From: an uncultured Bacteroidales bacterium
Lineage (GTDB): Bacteria > Bacteroidota > Bacteroidia > Bacteroidales > ML635J-15
Direction: 5' to 3'
DNA length: 33,942 nucleotides
NCBI GenBank assembly: GCA_905233405.1
Contig: CAJOEG010000017.1
Location: 1 to 33,942, forward strand
Shown one piece after another: positions 23,185-33,377 of this stretch; the first letter of the stretch is position 1, and each line of letters opens with the position of its first letter. The notes below the pieces were generated by a model. That model saw only the letters and a program-made list of their open reading frames with translations. It was not told the DNA's origin and did no database searches. The translations under genes and the position numbers were made by a program.

Positions 23185-26100
23185 CTAGAAATCGAGGCTT
23201 AGCGACAAGTAGAACATCATCTTCTGAATTTCGCCGTTGCTGATACCCCAAGCCCAGTCAGCACGGATGAAATAACCGAAAAGTTTGCTCCTCACCCCTA
23301 CTCCATATCCAGCAACCAAAGGATTGTTTCTGTTGTTCAATATAACAGTTACAGGATATTGCTCGTGATAGTCGTTTTCGTAGGCATTGTTTCCACCATA
23401 CGGATTCAAGCCGCTCCAAGCCATTCCAGCGTCGAAGAAACCAACTACTTGGAAGTTCTTTAGAAACTCATTATTTATAGGTTTACGGCTGAAATATGAA
23501 ATTACAGGAAAACGAAGTTCAAAATTGGTCACTGCAAAGTTGGTTCCGTTGCGAATGTTCTGGCTAAAACCGCGAAGATTGGTCTGCTTGATATACATAA
23601 TTTATTTCCGGGTCAATCTTGATGTTGGTATTGAACATTTGCTGCCGTGGCACTACGTTTAACCAGTTGTCGATTCCACCTAGATAGTATATCAGTTTTG
23701 CATTGCCAAACGATGCACTGGCTGCTGCCCTGAACGCAAAAATCAACGAGCGATGTATTGGCTGGTAGTAGCGGAAGTCAGCACCTACAACTTCCATATC
23801 GGTCTTTTTCTTGTCGAACTGCATAAAGGCCTCGGCAAAAACCTTGAACCTTATGCCTGATAATATATTGGTTGCCAATTCCTTGCTATTGTCAAAAATG
23901 TATTCCGCCTTAATGCTTCCCCAATAGTCGTATGTATCGGGCTTTTCAAGTGTGTTTAAATCGGTTGACAGGTAAACGTCCCTATTTTGCCTGATGTTGG
24001 CGGTAAACTGCATTGCATCGACCTGCGAGAACGGATAGCGAAGTATGTAGAATGCCTCGTGGGTGAACGATTTTGTGAAGTTGTTTTCAAGGTCGGAAAC
24101 TGCCTGACGGTGCAAGACCAATTGTCTGTTCCATCTGTGCTTAAGATTTTCAATAGTAAGCAAATATTCGTTTCCATCCATACCAACATCGAAACGGAAA
24201 CCTGCACTAATGCGGTAGTCTTCAAACAAATCGGATGTACCTACCTTGAATATAAGATTAAACCCAGGATTGAAGTAGAATGCACTGCCTGTGTATTTCT
24301 GGTACGAGTTGAACAGATAACTGAAATCGACCTGTGTCATAAGGTAGTTGGTGTAGAAAGTGGTATGATATTTTGATGTACGCACTTTCTTTACCTCTTT
24401 GTTATCCTGTGACTTCTGAACTATTTTTTCCACCACTTCTGGCTCAAAGGAATAATCGCTGATATTTATTTCGTTGCCGTTAGCATTTTCAACTGGCATT
24501 TCGTAGTTGGATTCCTCGTTCCGCTTTTTTTCGGTTGCCTCGAAAAGATTTCTGTTTACAGTATTCGCTATTTCTGAAATTTGTTCCTCTGGACTTTCTT
24601 TCTTCAGTATTCGGAACTTTTTTTCGTCGCGATAACTTACACCAATATTGTTTGAAAACTTGTCGTAACCGGCATTCTGTATGTTGTAGCGGTAGTTTGA
24701 AAGTTGTGCTGTATGATATGTGTACGAATAATGCGTAGTGGTATCAATGAAACTTATTGTCGAATCAAGTTTTGTGGTGTAAAGGTTTTTGTTTCCGTTT
24801 TTGTCGGAAATGAAGAAATAGTCTTCGCCCAACTTGAACGGCATTGTCTCCGAAGCATCTGGCGTTTCGGTTACACGGCTGATTGACTTGCTTGCAATGT
24901 CGTAAACATAAATGTCGGTAAAGTCTTGTGTATAAACTGAATTATCCTTATTTGAACCGATTTTTTCTTCGTCACGGTTTGAAGCGAATACAATCTGTTT
25001 CGACTTGTTAATGTACAACGGTTCGTAGTCATCGGCCTCATCGTTGGTGATATTCTCGATTGTATTTCCAGCAATATTGAATATGAAAATGTCCGACTGT
25101 CCGTTGTTGAAGCCAGCAATTACAAGGCTTTGACCGTCGTTAGAATAGTCAAACGAATTTATCTTTTCCATCGACGGCATCTGGATTTCGTTCTTTTTCT
25201 TGGTTTCAAACTGATAGGTGGTGTAGTATATTTCACCTTTCTTTTCAATCATAAAGCCGAGCATTTTCCCAGATGGATGCCACCTTACCACTGGATAAGT
25301 GTTGTCGATAATCTGGTCAAGTTTGTGCTCACGACGGAATATAGTCTTGCGCTTTCCTGTGCCGAAATCGTATGTTTTTATCCAGTATTTGCCAAACTTA
25401 TTTTCGCTCCAAGCCATCATATCTGTATTTGAATTGTACTGTGCCTGTGCGTAAGTGACATTTTTACGGCTTCGTTTCAGCACATCCTTGCCCTGCGGTT
25501 CATCGGCGGTGGCATTGAAATCCTCGTACTGTGTCTTGTAATATTCGGTCCAGTTTTCTTGCAGTGTCTTCAGATTTGCACCAAGCACATACATAAATGC
25601 ACTTTCCACGCTTTTGGTTATTCTTGTGAGGTACACAATGTTGGAAATCACCTGTGAACCATAGATTTTTGCCACATAGTTCCATATTGCAAAGCCCATT
25701 GTTTCGGCATCGTTTCCCGATAACTGGTTGATGTTGTTGAATTTATTTGACAGCGCATAAACCTTATTTAAGTTGTCGGCATCCGAATCCCAGTCACGCG
25801 AAAGGTAGGCGACAAGTCCGCTAGTGTACCATTCTGGCATTCCGATGAGGGTATTGTTGGCAATCTTGTTCTTTATGTTTGAACCGTAGATTATTTCGTT
25901 GAGGATAATGCTTGAAATTGCCGCCACAACTTGCTCGCGGAACTTTTGCACTGGTCGAGCATAGGTGTTTGCGACTTTCCTTGAGTGTGCCGCCGATGTT
26001 GTATTCGTCGGCATCGGTGTTTAGACCTATGTTGCTCTGCCTAAAGTCGGAAAGGTTCTGGAACATTACCAATATCATTCGCTTTTCGAGTTTGTGGTCG

Positions 26101-26378
26101 AAGAAAGTTTCGAGTTGAGGAATCATTTCAGTTGCAATTGCGCTTGCCATCTCGGCCATATCGCTGCCACCTGCGTAGAAATAAGTGTCGAACTGCGGAT
26201 AACGGTAGTAGTACCATTCAAACTCATCAAACTGCACACGGTTTTTGCCGAACCTCATCTGATGTCCGTTGTAGAACTGCGAAAATGCCGGCTGCACAAG
26301 CAAACCAAGCACAAGCAGTAGCAATATTATCCTACCGCATTTCAAGTGAAAACAAATTTGGGCGCAATTTACTAACAT
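23185..26378 (-). pseudogene. Large PD40/TolB-like beta-propeller plus Omp85-type C-terminal barrel protein, split across three reading frames
   Basis: ORFs 25821..26378 (signal peptide ...ADEYNIGG), 23564..26014 (AAHSRKV...PD40-like repeats...LYYLGGIDNWL...EINYVY) and 23185..23598 (YIKQTNLRGFSQN...barrel ending in F) are colinear pieces of one protein. The successive frames are 2, 1 and 0 (start coordinate mod 3). Confidence 0.65.
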
Positions 26379-26402
26379 TTTGGCAAATTGCGAGTTATTT
26401 TT

Positions 26403-27275
26403 TTACATTCCCGCATACGCCATCAGCACAATCGTTGCCAAGGCACACACACCACCTATAATGTTCAACTTCGACAGTTTCTCCTTGAAAAACATTACGC
26501 CAATGAGAATGGACAGCAGTATGGTAGATGTGTTGCAAATGCCATATAATGAAGAAGTTGTGATTAGCCCTGTGTTCATCGAACGTATTACAAAATATAT
26601 GGAGCCGAAGTTGAATGAACCAAGCAATATTCCAAAGAGCCAAGCCTTGAATGTCAAGAAATTGCGTAAAGTTCCTTTCTTTACAATGGAATATATGATT
26701 CCGCACAGAAGCGATATTGCAAATAGTGTAGCCGTGAAAAGTGCTGCATCGTCGTAAATGCCAAATTTTTCACGTGAATATATTACTAGAGAATCGTTTG
26801 CGCCCATTGCAACGAAGATTATTGCCGGCAACAGAAACTTCCATACGTCCGACTTCGCTTTGCTGCCAGATGGCTTGTAGGTGCATAGGAAAACCGATGC
26901 AACAGCAAGTACTATTGCCACAACCTTGACAACCGAAACTGTTTCATTGTAGGCTATTATCGAAAACAGCATAGGTATTACAAGCGACATCTTGCTGGCT
27001 ACCGTAGTTATGACAATGCCTGTCTTTCGCGACGAAATGCCTATCAGGAAGAATGTCACTATGAAAAGGAATCCTAGCAGAATACCTATTGGAAACCAAC
27101 TTGCCTTCACTATGCTAACGACTGGAAGCGAACCGAAAACGATAAAACCGAGTATTGCGGCGGTAAGGTAGTTTACAACAATGCAATTTATAAGAGGAGC
27201 CTTTTTGATGTCTATTATCTTGAACATCACGAAGATGCCTATGTATGATATTGCACAGAGTATTATCCAGACCAT
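26403..27275 (-). CDS. DMT-superfamily (EamA-like) transporter
   Basis: 290 aa with about 10 TM segments arranged as two 5-TM halves. No soluble domains. Confidence 0.6.
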   Translation of the reverse strand: MVWIILCAISYIGIFVMFKIIDIKKAPLINCIVVNYLTAAILGFIVFGSLPVVSIVKASWFPIGILLGFLFIVTFFLIGISSRKTGIVITTVASKMSLVIPMLFSIIAYNETVSVVKVVAIVLAVASVFLCTYKPSGSKAKSDVWKFLLPAIIFVAMGANDSLVIYSREKFGIYDDAALFTATLFAISLLCGIIYSIVKKGTLRNFLTFKAWLFGILLGSFNFGSIYFVIRSMNTGLITTSSLYGICNTSTILLSILIGVMFFKEKLSKLNIIGGVCALATIVLMAYAGM

Positions 27276-27320
27276 AAAAAAAATGGGGCAAAGCCCCAGT
27301 CATTATTATATGAAAAATTA

Positions 27321-28748
27321 CTACATCTTCAGTCTCTTTTCAATCTCGTCAAGGTCGTGCTTAAAGTTCTTGTCAGTCTCGATGAGATTGTTTACGGTCT
27401 TGCAAGCGTGGAGTACAGTGGCGTGGTCCTTGTTGCCTATTGCATTGCCTATTACAGCAAGCGAACACTTTGTCATATTCTTTGCAAAGTACATTGCAAT
27501 CTGGCGGGCCTGAACGATTTCGCGTTTGCGTGTCTTGCTGCTGAGTACATCCACCGACATCGAGAAATAGTTGCAAACAACCTTCTGTATGTAGTCGATT
27601 GATATTTCGCGCTGTGTGTTCTTTACTAACTTGTCAATCATACCCTTGGCAAGTTCGAGGGTGATTTCCTTCTTGTTGAGGGTTGCCTGTGCAAGCAATG
27701 AAATGAGAGTGCCTTCAAGTTCGCGTACATTGTTTGTAACGTGCGATGCGATGTATTCGAGGATTTCTTCCTTAATTTCGATTCCGTCCTTGTAGGTCTT
27801 TCTCTTCAGTATCTTGATTCTAGTCTCGAAGTCCGGTTCCTGAAGGTCGGCTGCAAGTCCCCATTTGAATCTCGACAGCAAGCGTTCTTCCATTCCGTTC
27901 AAATCTACTGGTGCCTTATCCGACGTAAGAATGAGTTGCTTCTGATGTTGATGCAAATAGTTGAAAATCTGGAAGAAAACTTTCTGAGTACCTTCCTTGT
28001 CTGCGAAATACTGTACATCATCGAGGATAAGCACATCTATCATCTGGTAGAAATGGATGAAGTCGGTCTGGTTGTTGTCGCGGGTAGCCTGCATATACTG
28101 AGTCAGGAACTTGTTGGCATCGACATAAAGCACAACCTTGTCGGGGAAGTTTTTCTTCACCTCAAGTCCTATTGCGTTGGCAAGGTGAGTTTTACCGAGT
28201 CCCGAGCCGCCATAGATGAAAAGCGGGTTGAACGAAGTACCAGCAGGATTTCCTGCCACAGCAAAACCAGCGGCACGGGCGAGACGGTTGCATTCGCCTT
28301 CAACAAAGTTGTCGAATGTGTATTCCGGATTCAGATGCGGGTCTATCTGTATGGGTGTGTATCCAGGATAAGCATACGGATTTGGCGATTCGCCTTCTCC
28401 GAGCCTCGGTCTCTTAGGTATATTGGGGACATTTTTAGGAGTATCGTTTGACGGCATCTTTACAGTTACCGACTTCCCGATATTCTGGTCGCTACTTACC
28501 ACAACCCTGTAGTCCAACTTGGCATTCGGTCCGATAACCCTGTGCAACGTCATTGCCATCAGTTCAATGTAATGCTCTTCGAGGTATTCATAAAAGAATG
28601 TACTTGGCACCTGTATAGTCAACTGGTTGTCCTTGAGTTCGACTGGAACTATCGGAGCAAACCACGTATTGAAAGCCGCCTTTTGCAGATTCTCCTGAAT
28701 TATTTCCAAGCATTTCGCCCAAACCTCTTCGCAATTTTTTGTTGTCAT
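27321..28748 (-). CDS. dnaA: Chromosomal replication initiator protein DnaA
   Basis: 475 aa with Walker A GGSGLGKTHL, Walker B LILDDVQYF, sensor region SDKAP, and domain IV REIVQARQIAMYF...IGNKDHATVLHACK. Confidence 0.97.
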   Translation of the reverse strand: MTTKNCEEVWAKCLEIIQENLQKAAFNTWFAPIVPVELKDNQLTIQVPSTFFYEYLEEHYIELMAMTLHRVIGPNAKLDYRVVVSSDQNIGKSVTVKMPSNDTPKNVPNIPKRPRLGEGESPNPYAYPGYTPIQIDPHLNPEYTFDNFVEGECNRLARAAGFAVAGNPAGTSFNPLFIYGGSGLGKTHLANAIGLEVKKNFPDKVVLYVDANKFLTQYMQATRDNNQTDFIHFYQMIDVLILDDVQYFADKEGTQKVFFQIFNYLHQHQKQLILTSDKAPVDLNGMEERLLSRFKWGLAADLQEPDFETRIKILKRKTYKDGIEIKEEILEYIASHVTNNVRELEGTLISLLAQATLNKKEITLELAKGMIDKLVKNTQREISIDYIQKVVCNYFSMSVDVLSSKTRKREIVQARQIAMYFAKNMTKCSLAVIGNAIGNKDHATVLHACKTVNNLIETDKNFKHDLDEIEKRLKM

Positions 28749-29277
28749 AAGACCGTATCCTTAATTTTCGTTAAACAGTTAAATAATATTTTTGCCGCAA
28801 GTCGGCAAGAGATTGTGAAAACTTCTTGAAAAAACATTTTTTTCAAAAAATCTTGCAATTCCGAACACTTTGCACAAGTTCCAAACTTCTTTGACAACTT
28901 GCTGTGTTTCTGTTTGTTAGTGGGCTAAAACCCAAAACTCAAAATTCAATCTCCTGCATTATTTTTGCAGCCCATAAAAGTACTCAAATCTTTCGCTCCT
29001 ACCAAACATTTTTGGTGTTTTTTTTGTCTTTTTTGCTGCTTTTTTTCAATGGAGACATTATCAAAAATGTAAACTTATCAACTTAAACCAAAAGTTAATT
29101 AAATCCACATTACAAGCCTAATTACCAATAATTTATTTGCTGTAAAATCGTTTTTGTCAAACTAATCGGTTAATAATCGGAATGTTACAAGATTTTATGC
29201 TGTAAAACACGCTTTATGTAGCCTTAATCGTGCAGTATAATAGCAAAAATATGCTAAATATATTATGTTCAAGGTAG
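28749..29277. other. Candidate oriC / dnaA control region (529-bp AT-rich intergenic)
   Basis: This is the largest non-coding gap in the window and lies directly upstream of dnaA. It has T-rich tracts (29013-29050). Three same-orientation degenerate DnaA-box-like 9-mers are present: TTATCAAAA (29058), TTATCAACT (29075) and AAATCCACA (29101). TGCTGTAAAA is directly repeated at 29139 and 29199. Confidence 0.35.
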
Positions 29278-30273
29278 TTAGACAACCATAAGGTTACATC
29301 CGCGTACATCGGCACTGTCGAAACGTCCCGAAACGGAGAAAGAACCGTCGTCGAAAACCTGTCCCAAATCGGATGTCTGAAGGAAACTGCAGGAGTAAAT
29401 ATTTGCAAGGTCAACCACATTTATGGCACCACTTCCCGACCTATGAACAGACAATGGGTCATTTGGCTCACGCACAAGGACTTTCATTGTCCTGCTGCAC
29501 TTGTAAACACCATTGCCAAACGAATATGCCTGCGACAAAAGTTCGGTCATTCCATATTCCGAATGTATGCTTTGCACACCAAAAGCATCTTTCAGCACCG
29601 AGTGAAGTTCGGAACGCACCATCTCCTTCCTGCGCCCTTTCATTCCGCCGGTCTCCATCACAATGCCGTGCCGTATGTTCATCAACTTGTACTTTTCGGC
29701 AAAGTCGAGCAGGGCGAAACTTACACCTATAAGAATATATTTCTGGTGCCTTGCCTCAAGACGACAGATTGTATCGTAAAGTTCTTCGTGGTTGTGCAGG
29801 AAAAATCCGCTCAACTTGTTGTCCGACAATTTGATAAGCCCATCAACCATATACACAAGGCTCGAACCTGTGCGTTCAAGGTAGGCGGGCAACAATCCAA
29901 GTATGCAGAAATCGGAAGGTTCGCCATAGAATTGTCTGAATCCCGCCAGAAACGCTTTCCTGTATATTTCGAGGTCGGCAACATAATGCGACGAAGGTAC
30001 AGAGCCAGTCGTACTACTTGATGTGAAAACAATTTCGGAGTCCCTTCCGTCACAGATAACTTTGTGTAACTTAAAGAACTCTACTGGCATAAACGGTACA
30101 TCCTCGATATAGTTCACGGCACCAACATCAATGCCAAGCAGGTCGCAATAGTGGTGATACACAGGATTCTGCATATACTGAAAATAGAAGGCTTGCATAG
30201 CCAAGCCTTCAAATTTTTCTGTCGCAGAATCGGATTCTAGTTCTGCACAATATTTTTGGATGTCGAAATTCAC
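29278..30273 (-). CDS. LuxE-family acyl-protein synthetase / acyl transferase-like adenylating enzyme
   Basis: FQYMQNPVYHHYCDLLGI...PFMPVEFFK...FTSSSTTG...METGGMKGRRKE...SEYGMTELLSQAY. The start is taken at the GTG at 30273, 4 nt after the upstream stop, giving 331 aa. The longer ORF-track version overlaps the upstream gene by 134 nt. Confidence 0.7.
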   Translation of the reverse strand: MNFDIQKYCAELESDSATEKFEGLAMQAFYFQYMQNPVYHHYCDLLGIDVGAVNYIEDVPFMPVEFFKLHKVICDGRDSEIVFTSSSTTGSVPSSHYVADLEIYRKAFLAGFRQFYGEPSDFCILGLLPAYLERTGSSLVYMVDGLIKLSDNKLSGFFLHNHEELYDTICRLEARHQKYILIGVSFALLDFAEKYKLMNIRHGIVMETGGMKGRRKEMVRSELHSVLKDAFGVQSIHSEYGMTELLSQAYSFGNGVYKCSRTMKVLVREPNDPLSVHRSGSGAINVVDLANIYSCSFLQTSDLGQVFDDGSFSVSGRFDSADVRGCNLMVV

Positions 30274-30277
30274 CAGA

Positions 30278-31099
30278 TTATTTTTTCTTTCTCTTGAACT
30301 TCTTGAACTTCTCTTCGTAAGTGACGAAATATTTGCCCTTTGGCAGAGATGAAATATCAACTTTATTGTTAGTGCCGCGCAACTTGATATTTCCGTAAGC
30401 CTTGTCAACAATGATATATTCAGTTACACCTGTGAATCTTATTTCCTTAACTTTCTTATTTTGTACAATCTTTTCAAGTTCAACGACTTCCTTCTTCGGC
30501 GACTCTACGGTAACATCAAACGACCTCTGTGTGTCGTCCTCGTTCCTCTGATAAATCTTTATCTTGTTTTCGCCAGGGAGACCTGCGATTGGCAACGAGT
30601 ATGTTTTTTCTTCCATTCCGCCCTTGCCGATTACTGCTCCTATCCTAACCCACTTGTTGGCGCGGAAATGGTCGATGTAGAACGGCATAGCCGATGATTC
30701 GTCCTTGATAGTGAAATACAACTTGCTGTCGCTACCTTCCTGCTCTATTTTTGCCGAAACAAGCACAAACGTTGACTTTGTTACAAAAGCGCCCTTATTG
30801 ATAATCACTGGCTTTGCGTTCTCATCGTAGTTTATTACCATATTAAACAATTCGCCAGACTTCAAGCCCAACTCCGAAAATTTCACAACTACAAGACCTG
30901 TGTTCAAGTTGGCGTTTGCAGACTTGCCATTTACTGAAATACTCTTAATGCAGAAGCCAGATTCCATCGAAGGATTCTTAATATACATATTCTGCTCAAA
31001 AAACATTCCGCCAAATTCCATCTCAGCAGAAAAAACGCTATTGATTGATAAGCAAGCAATTACAACTGCAAAAATCCTTTTAATTCCGTTAAAAAGCAT
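30278..31099 (-). CDS. Hypothetical secreted protein with a possible degenerate T9SS-like C-terminal domain and a Lys-rich tail
   Basis: Signal peptide MLFNGIKRIFAVVIACLSINSVFSA. The C-terminus YIIVDKAYGNIKLRGTNNKVDISSLPKGKYFVTYEEKFKKFKRKKK loosely resembles a Por sorting domain. Confidence 0.65.
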   Translation of the reverse strand: MLFNGIKRIFAVVIACLSINSVFSAEMEFGGMFFEQNMYIKNPSMESGFCIKSISVNGKSANANLNTGLVVVKFSELGLKSGELFNMVINYDENAKPVIINKGAFVTKSTFVLVSAKIEQEGSDSKLYFTIKDESSAMPFYIDHFRANKWVRIGAVIGKGGMEEKTYSLPIAGLPGENKIKIYQRNEDDTQRSFDVTVESPKKEVVELEKIVQNKKVKEIRFTGVTEYIIVDKAYGNIKLRGTNNKVDISSLPKGKYFVTYEEKFKKFKRKKK

Positions 31100-31314
31100 A
31101 CTAAATTCCGTTAAAATAAGTTATCAACAAAAGTACATTGTTTTTTTATACTGAACAAATTTTTCCTTTTCATATTTTTTGCAAATCAGAACGATAAGCA
31201 CAAACAACCGATAAGATTAGGCTCAACCGCCATCTGTTGAAAAAAAGCGAGGAGTTTACACCTTAATATTATATATAAGGGGTAAATTTGTTGGTTTGTA
31301 AATTTGCACCTAAA

Positions 31315-33135
31315 ATGAAGATACGATTTCTATTCGCACTCGTCGCGCTGACAGCAACAATCGCAGCAACGGCACAGGAATATACTCAGGAGAAGATACT
31401 CTACAAGAACGGCAACACCAAGGAAGAAGGCTCCCTTTACCTTGGACTGCGTTTCGGTACGTGGACATTCTACACACCCGACGGAAAGGTTGCAGCAAAG
31501 ACCGACTTCTACAAGGATATGCTCCACGGCGAGAATACTACTTTCTACGACAATGGCAACAAGCACGAGATGTACAACTACCGAGCCAACAGCCGTCACG
31601 GAGCCTGCGAGGAATACTACGAGAACGGCAAACCGAAAATGAAAGGATTTTACAACAGCAACGTCCGTGACAGTATTTGGCAGTTGTTCTACGACAACGG
31701 AAATCAGCAGTCTGAAATCACATACAAGGATGGTAAAATCTTCAGCATCAACAAGTTCTACACCCGTGATGGCAAACAGACCGTGACTGCTGGAAACGGT
31801 TCGATGATAAATTACTACGACAGCGGCGCAAAGAACTCGGAAGGCAACATTAAGAATGGCGTTGAGGATGGCAAATGGATATACTACCACGAAAACGGCA
31901 AAAAGAAATCGGAAGGCACATTTGCTTCGGGCGAACGCGTAGGCGAATGGAAGGAATGGTACGACAACGGTCAACTAAAGACCGAAATCAACTACGAGAA
32001 CGGTCTAAATACCTTTTGGACACGCACCGGCACCAAAGAAATGGAAGGCATTATGGCCGACGGCAAGCGCGACAAGACTTGGACTTACTGGTACCGATCT
32101 GGCAAGGTGCGTAGCGTAAACAACTACAAGATGGATGTGCGTGACGGCTTGCAAACCAAGTACTTCGAAAATGGGCAGAAGGAGTCGGAAATGACTTACG
32201 TCAATGGCAAGCTCAACGGTGAAGCACACTTCTGGCTCGAAAACGGTCAGCCCGACATCGACGGAAACTTCAAGGACGACCTGCAGGAAGGCCTTTGGAC
32301 CTACTGGCGCAAGGACGGTCAGAAGGGCAACGAAGGAAAATACTCGAAAGGCAAGATGGATGGTCGCTGGACATACTGGTATTCAAACGGTCAAGTGTGG
32401 AAGCAAGTTGACTATACCGCAGGAATCCGCACTGGCGCGTGGCTCATCTTCTTCGAGAACGGACAGAGATTTCGCGAAGGTCAGTATGAAAACGACGAGG
32501 AAACTGGTCTGTGGACCGAATGGAACGAAGACGGCGTGATGGTTCTCCGTGGCAACTACAAGAACGGCATAATGGAAGGCAAATGGGAGGCTTGGCACGA
32601 CAACGGCAACAAGAAGTCGGTGGTGGAATATTGTGACGGACTACTTTGCGGAAAGAACTATTTCTGGTTTGAAAATGGCAAGCCACAATTTGAGGAAAGC
32701 TACAAGATTACCGATTCAAAAACAGGCGAAGGCAAAACTTCTGTACTTAACGGCGAATACAAAAACTTCAATATCCGTGGCGTTGAAATGATTAGCGGAA
32801 CCTACAATATGGGCAAGCGCAACGGCAAGTTCACATACCGCAACGCTAATGGCGGTGTCATTAAGGTCGAGTACTACAAGGACGACAAGCCCGATGGCAA
32901 GTGGCAAGAGTTCTACGACTTCGGAGGCGTGCAGACCGAAACCAACTACAAGAACGGCATGAAGGAAGGCAAGTTCACCCGCTATGACCAACGTGGCAAT
33001 ATAACATTCCAGTCGAAGTTCCTCGCCAACCGTCAGGTTGAAGTCATCGTAGATGACAACCCGAATTTGCCTCAGAACAAGCAAAAGGCGGGGCAGGGAA
33101 ATCAGCAGAATACGAGAAGCGTAGGATACAGATAG
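31315..33135 (+). CDS. MORN-variant (YwqK-like, PF07661-type) repeat protein, secreted
   Basis: The start is taken at the ATG at 31315 (MKIRFLFALVALTATIAATAQE signal peptide). More than 20 units of G.W..(Y/W)Y.NG....E..Y..G...G follow. TAAATTTG boxes lie at 31283 and 31299. Confidence 0.85.
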   Translation: MKIRFLFALVALTATIAATAQEYTQEKILYKNGNTKEEGSLYLGLRFGTWTFYTPDGKVAAKTDFYKDMLHGENTTFYDNGNKHEMYNYRANSRHGACEEYYENGKPKMKGFYNSNVRDSIWQLFYDNGNQQSEITYKDGKIFSINKFYTRDGKQTVTAGNGSMINYYDSGAKNSEGNIKNGVEDGKWIYYHENGKKKSEGTFASGERVGEWKEWYDNGQLKTEINYENGLNTFWTRTGTKEMEGIMADGKRDKTWTYWYRSGKVRSVNNYKMDVRDGLQTKYFENGQKESEMTYVNGKLNGEAHFWLENGQPDIDGNFKDDLQEGLWTYWRKDGQKGNEGKYSKGKMDGRWTYWYSNGQVWKQVDYTAGIRTGAWLIFFENGQRFREGQYENDEETGLWTEWNEDGVMVLRGNYKNGIMEGKWEAWHDNGNKKSVVEYCDGLLCGKNYFWFENGKPQFEESYKITDSKTGEGKTSVLNGEYKNFNIRGVEMISGTYNMGKRNGKFTYRNANGGVIKVEYYKDDKPDGKWQEFYDFGGVQTETNYKNGMKEGKFTRYDQRGNITFQSKFLANRQVEVIVDDNPNLPQNKQKAGQGNQQNTRSVGYR

Positions 33136-33300
33136 AAAGTTTCTAGGTTTCTGTGGCTGCGCCGTTTCTGAGTTTGAATGACTTCGCCGTTTCTAAGTTT
33201 CAGGTCTAAAGTTCAATAGTTCAAAGTTGTAGCGGCGCAATGTTTTGCGCTCGTTGAATGGTTTTAATGGCTACGTTCGTTTGAAGATTTGATTGCCTGC
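33136..33300 (+). repeat. Dispersed intergenic repeat, copy 2 (CGCCGTTTC / GTTT(C/G)A family), directly after the MORN-gene stop
   Basis: GCTGCGCCGTTTCTGAGTTTGAATGACTTCGCCGTTTC (33156-33193) matches the reverse complement of 10773-10810. It is followed by more GTT(T/C)(C/G/A)A units and a hairpin GCGCAA-TGTT-TTGCGC (33235-33250). Confidence 0.7.
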
Positions 33301-33377
33301 GGCATTTAAAGATTTTAAAATTTAAAAAAATTAATCCCCATCGGTCATTAAGAGTTTAATAAATCATAAGCATTTGC

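Noticed and set aside
28904-29086. 60-aa ORF inside the dnaA upstream region
   Set aside because: It is made largely of T-tract translation (FFLSFLLLFF) and lies in the candidate origin or control region. It is most likely non-coding.
29244-29251. A CAAAAATA (minus-strand TATTTTTG) -7-like box about 500 nt upstream of dnaA, as the dnaA promoter
   Set aside because: It would imply a very long leader. The motif is frequent in AT-rich DNA and I found no supporting -33 element.
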